NCBI GenBank assembly: GCA_963773305.1 | Contig: CAVZAR010000002.1 | Location: 20,334-52,333 of the forward strand | Direction: 5' to 3' | DNA length: 32,000 bases | Origin: an uncultured Pseudomonadota bacterium | Lineage (GTDB): Bacteria > Pseudomonadota > Alphaproteobacteria > Rhizobiales > Xanthobacteraceae | In this document: piece by piece, positions 29,523 to 32,000 of the stretch | Position numbering within the stretch: the first letter of the stretch is position 1 | Layout of the letters: each line of letters opens with the position of its first letter | The notes under the pieces: generated by a model | The model's database searches: none | Told to the model about the DNA's origin: nothing | The model's input: only the letters and a program-made list of their open reading frames with translations | Position numbers and translations under genes: made by a program

Positions 29523-32000
29523 GTGGGGGTCTTATCCGTCGAGCAGATTCTGGCCGAGGAAGCCGAGAAGATTCACGGCGCCACGCGCGAAGGAAGCGTA
29601 GCCGACCTGAAGCGACTTCAGACCCGGCAGGCGTTCGAGAGCGATCGCGCCAATAAAGACGCGGACACGCGCAGCGGCAAGGACGAGGATCCCGACTGGT
29701 CGGCCCGTCGCAAGGACTTTTACTGCGAGCTCAACACCATCGGCCGCGCCGCGCTGTGCTGCTCGGGCGGCGGCATCCGCAGCGCCACCTTTTGCCTGGG
29801 CGTGATCCAGGCGCTCGCCATGATCGCCAGGCCGGGCTCGCCGAGCGCGACGTCTTCGTCCGGCGCGGCCGGGTCGCAAGGTGGAGAAGGCGATAGCGCC
29901 AAAGCCGCCAAAGCCGCCAAACCCGCCAAGGCGCTCCGGCCGGAAGACTCGCTGCTGAGCTGCTTTCATTATCTTTCGACCGTTTCCGGCGGCGGCTATA
30001 TCGGTTCCTGGCTGTCGGCGTGGCGCCACCGCAACGATTTCGAGACGGTCTGGAAATACCTGGCCGGCCGGCCGGAAGGTCCGGACGTAGAGCCGCCCGA
30101 GCTTTCCTGGCTGCGCTCCTACAGCAACTATCTCACGCCCAAAGTCGGCCTCGCCTCCGCCGACACCTGGAGCGGCATCGCGATCTATCTGCGCAATCTA
30201 ATTCTCAACTGGCTGGTGATCGTTCCGGCGCTGGCGGTGGTGATTCTGGCGTTGAAGATCGTCGTCACCTTGTCGATCGGCGAAGCGCGCATCGAGAGCG
30301 TCTGGTGGCCGCAATTTCTGACCGCGCTGATCGGTGTTACCTGCCTGGTCGTCGCGCAGGCCTATACGACCACGCACCGCCCGACGCGCCGGCTGATGCC
30401 CGGCGGAAACCCTTGCTACGACCCAGAAAATATCGATCAGCTGCAATTCATATTGCACGATCTCGCCTGGAGCGTGCTGTCCTCAATTCTGCTGACCAGC
30501 GCGCTGACGTCCTCTATCGGCACGGAACTGGCCGGCGGTTTCGGCGCGTTCGGCGCGATCGGCATCGGCGCCGTGCTGGGCGTGCTGATCTATGCGGCCG
30601 GCTGGATTGCCGGCAATCCTTTGAACGTCAGTTGCAAAGATTTCGGCTGCTGGTCGGTCTCCGGCCTGATCTATGGCGGTCTGGTCGGTTTCGGCGCGTA
30701 CCTCTATGCCAGTCTGACGCCCTATGCGGGTGGCACCGAGCACAAGATCTGGATGATCTTGCTGCCCGTGATCTTCGGCGTGCCGTGGGTACTGCTTTCG
30801 CAGCTGTTCGCCGACATGGTGTTCGTCGGCCTGGTCAGCTACGAGTTCAATTCGGATGCCGACCGCGAATGGCTTGGCCGCGCCGCCGGCTGGGTCATGG
30901 CGGCCGGCGTTGCCTGGATCCTCACGACCTTCATCACCTTCGCCGGCGGTTATCTGCTGATCGATGTGGCGCAGGAGGCCGGCAAATACGTGGCCGGGGC
31001 CGGCGGCATATCGGGCGTCATTACGGCCTGGCTCGGCCACAGCGCCAAGACGCCGGCCAAAGCGAACAACTCTGACAAGGGCTTCGGCGCGATTGCTTAC
31101 CAGATCGGGCTCGCCATCGCGGGCCCGGTCTTCGCCGCCATTCTCGTCGTCGGCATATCGGTCGGACTCGATTTGCTGCTGCTCGGCGATTCGCTGATCA
31201 AGGGCCTGGCCACGAATAGCCTCGAGACCTGGCCGGTCATCGGCTGGCTCGTGCTCGGCTTGGTCATCGCGTTCACCATTGCCGGCATTGCATCGCGCCG
31301 CGTCAACATCAACCGCTTCTCGATCCACGCGCTCTATCGCAATCGGCTGGTGCGCGCCTATCTCGGCGCCTCGCGCCAGGAGCGTTGTCCCGACCGTTTC
31401 ACGGGGTTCGACCGCGACGACAATCTTCCCGCCCACAAACTGTGGCCGCCGCTGGCGCCGAAGGACGGGTCCAATACGTACTCCCTTTTCCATGTGGTCA
31501 ACATCACGCTCAACGTCGTGAAGACCACGCGGCTCGCCTGGCAGCAGCGCAAGGCCGAATCTTTCACGGTCAGTCCGCTGCATTGCGGCGCGGCCTTCAA
31601 GGGCTATCGGCCCAGCATCGAATATGGCGGCGGCGCGCCGTATGGCATCTCGCTTGCCACCGCCATGGCGATCTCCGGCGCGGCGGCAAGTCCGAACATG
31701 GGCTACAACTCGTCGCCGTCGATCACGCTGCTGCTGGCACTTTTTAACGTCAGGTTGGGGTGGTGGCTCGGCAACCCCGGCAAGGAAGGCGACAAAACCT
31801 ATAATAAAGAGGGGCCCGCCACCGCCATCCGTCCGCTGGTGGAGGAAAGCTTCGGACTGACCACCGACAGCAAACCCTGGGTCTATCTTTCCGACGGCGG
31901 GCACTTCGAAAATCTCGGCATCTACGAGATGGTGCGGCGGCGCTGCCGCTTCATCGTGGCGATCGATGCCGGCTGCGATCCCGACTTCGCCTTCGCCGAC
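29523..32000 (+). CDS. Patatin-like phospholipase with a large internal polytopic membrane insertion; 3' end beyond window (ORF absent from supplied track)
   Basis: I translated the frame by hand from 29448 to 32000 and found no stop. It has the oxyanion motif CSGGGIRSATF, the nucleophile motif YLSTVSGGGYIGSW, and the catalytic Asp motif VYLSDGGHFENLGIYE at 31881-31928. About 8 hydrophobic helices lie between them, and family blocks NRFSIHALYRNRLVRAYLGA and AISGAAASPNMGY are present. The likely start is GTG 29523, preceded by GGAGG at 29513-29517. Confidence 0.85.
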   Translation, partial: MGVLSVEQILAEEAEKIHGATREGSVADLKRLQTRQAFESDRANKDADTRSGKDEDPDWSARRKDFYCELNTIGRAALCCSGGGIRSATFCLGVIQALAMIARPGSPSATSSSGAAGSQGGEGDSAKAAKAAKPAKALRPEDSLLSCFHYLSTVSGGGYIGSWLSAWRHRNDFETVWKYLAGRPEGPDVEPPELSWLRSYSNYLTPKVGLASADTWSGIAIYLRNLILNWLVIVPALAVVILALKIVVTLSIGEARIESVWWPQFLTALIGVTCLVVAQAYTTTHRPTRRLMPGGNPCYDPENIDQLQFILHDLAWSVLSSILLTSALTSSIGTELAGGFGAFGAIGIGAVLGVLIYAAGWIAGNPLNVSCKDFGCWSVSGLIYGGLVGFGAYLYASLTPYAGGTEHKIWMILLPVIFGVPWVLLSQLFADMVFVGLVSYEFNSDADREWLGRAAGWVMAAGVAWILTTFITFAGGYLLIDVAQEAGKYVAGAGGISGVITAWLGHSAKTPAKANNSDKGFGAIAYQIGLAIAGPVFAAILVVGISVGLDLLLLGDSLIKGLATNSLETWPVIGWLVLGLVIAFTIAGIASRRVNINRFSIHALYRNRLVRAYLGASRQERCPDRFTGFDRDDNLPAHKLWPPLAPKDGSNTYSLFHVVNITLNVVKTTRLAWQQRKAESFTVSPLHCGAAFKGYRPSIEYGGGAPYGISLATAMAISGAAASPNMGYNSSPSITLLLALFNVRLGWWLGNPGKEGDKTYNKEGPATAIRPLVEESFGLTTDSKPWVYLSDGGHFENLGIYEMVRRRCRFIVAIDAGCDPDFAFAD

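Noticed and set aside
29532-31904. Track ORFs 29532..30029 (minus), 30020..31075 (plus) and 30483..31904 (minus)
   Set aside because: All three overlap the untracked patatin frame, which contains GGGxR, GxSxG-type and DGG motifs. These ORFs translate to low-complexity Arg/Gly/Ala/Pro sequence.
1-32000. Search for tRNA, rRNA, CRISPR arrays and IS elements
   Set aside because: I saw no T-arm/acceptor-like tRNA signatures, no rRNA-like conserved blocks, no regularly spaced direct repeats, and no transposase-like ORFs. This was an eye scan only, so a tRNAscan, Infernal or ISfinder run should confirm it.

Overview
High-GC chromosomal window that looks alphaproteobacterial, possibly Hyphomicrobiales. 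That placement is inference from REP-type repeats and gene content only. Positions 1-11937 form one co-directional, tightly packed 10-gene operon that reads as an unusually complete, eukaryote-like sterol pathway. In order it encodes an oxidosqualene cyclase (5' end outside the window), squalene epoxidase, an SdmB-like SDR, CYP51, an EBP-like domain fused to a Rieske oxygenase (SdmA-like), a stand-alone EBP-like paralog, an ERG4/ERG24 sterol reductase, a geranylgeranyl-reductase-family flavoprotein, an ERG6-type sterol C-24 methyltransferase, and a COG2907-like FAD oxidoreductase. This operon is the main candidate for a novel system, especially the EBP::Rieske fusion and the two unassigned flavoproteins. 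The rest of the window contains the following. A LysR regulator and MFS transporter pair lies convergent to the operon, followed by small STAS-like and PAS-like genes. A minus-strand operon encodes a beta-CASP MBL hydrolase, an AMP/thymidine-phosphorylase-like enzyme and a Prs-like gene that is broken by 2-3 frameshifts in G/C runs. Next come a cytochrome c and a DUF3305-like gene, then an orphan intrinsic terminator with an anti-SD-loop hairpin (sRNA candidate). After that are a Na+/H+ antiporter, an enolase-superfamily enzyme, and a split TPP decarboxylase (ComD/ComE-like). REP-like hairpin clusters follow, then a low-GC two-gene island flanked by a relic copy of the 3' end of the neighbouring gene. 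That neighbour is a 742-aa two-CXXCH cytochrome-c-peroxidase-like protein. Divergent from it is a large patatin-like phospholipase with an internal polytopic membrane domain. This phospholipase ORF is absent from the supplied ORF track because it runs off the window end. No rRNA, tRNA, CRISPR array, transposase or integrase was recognised. Many long Arg/Ala/Pro-rich ORFs in the track are high-GC shadow frames.
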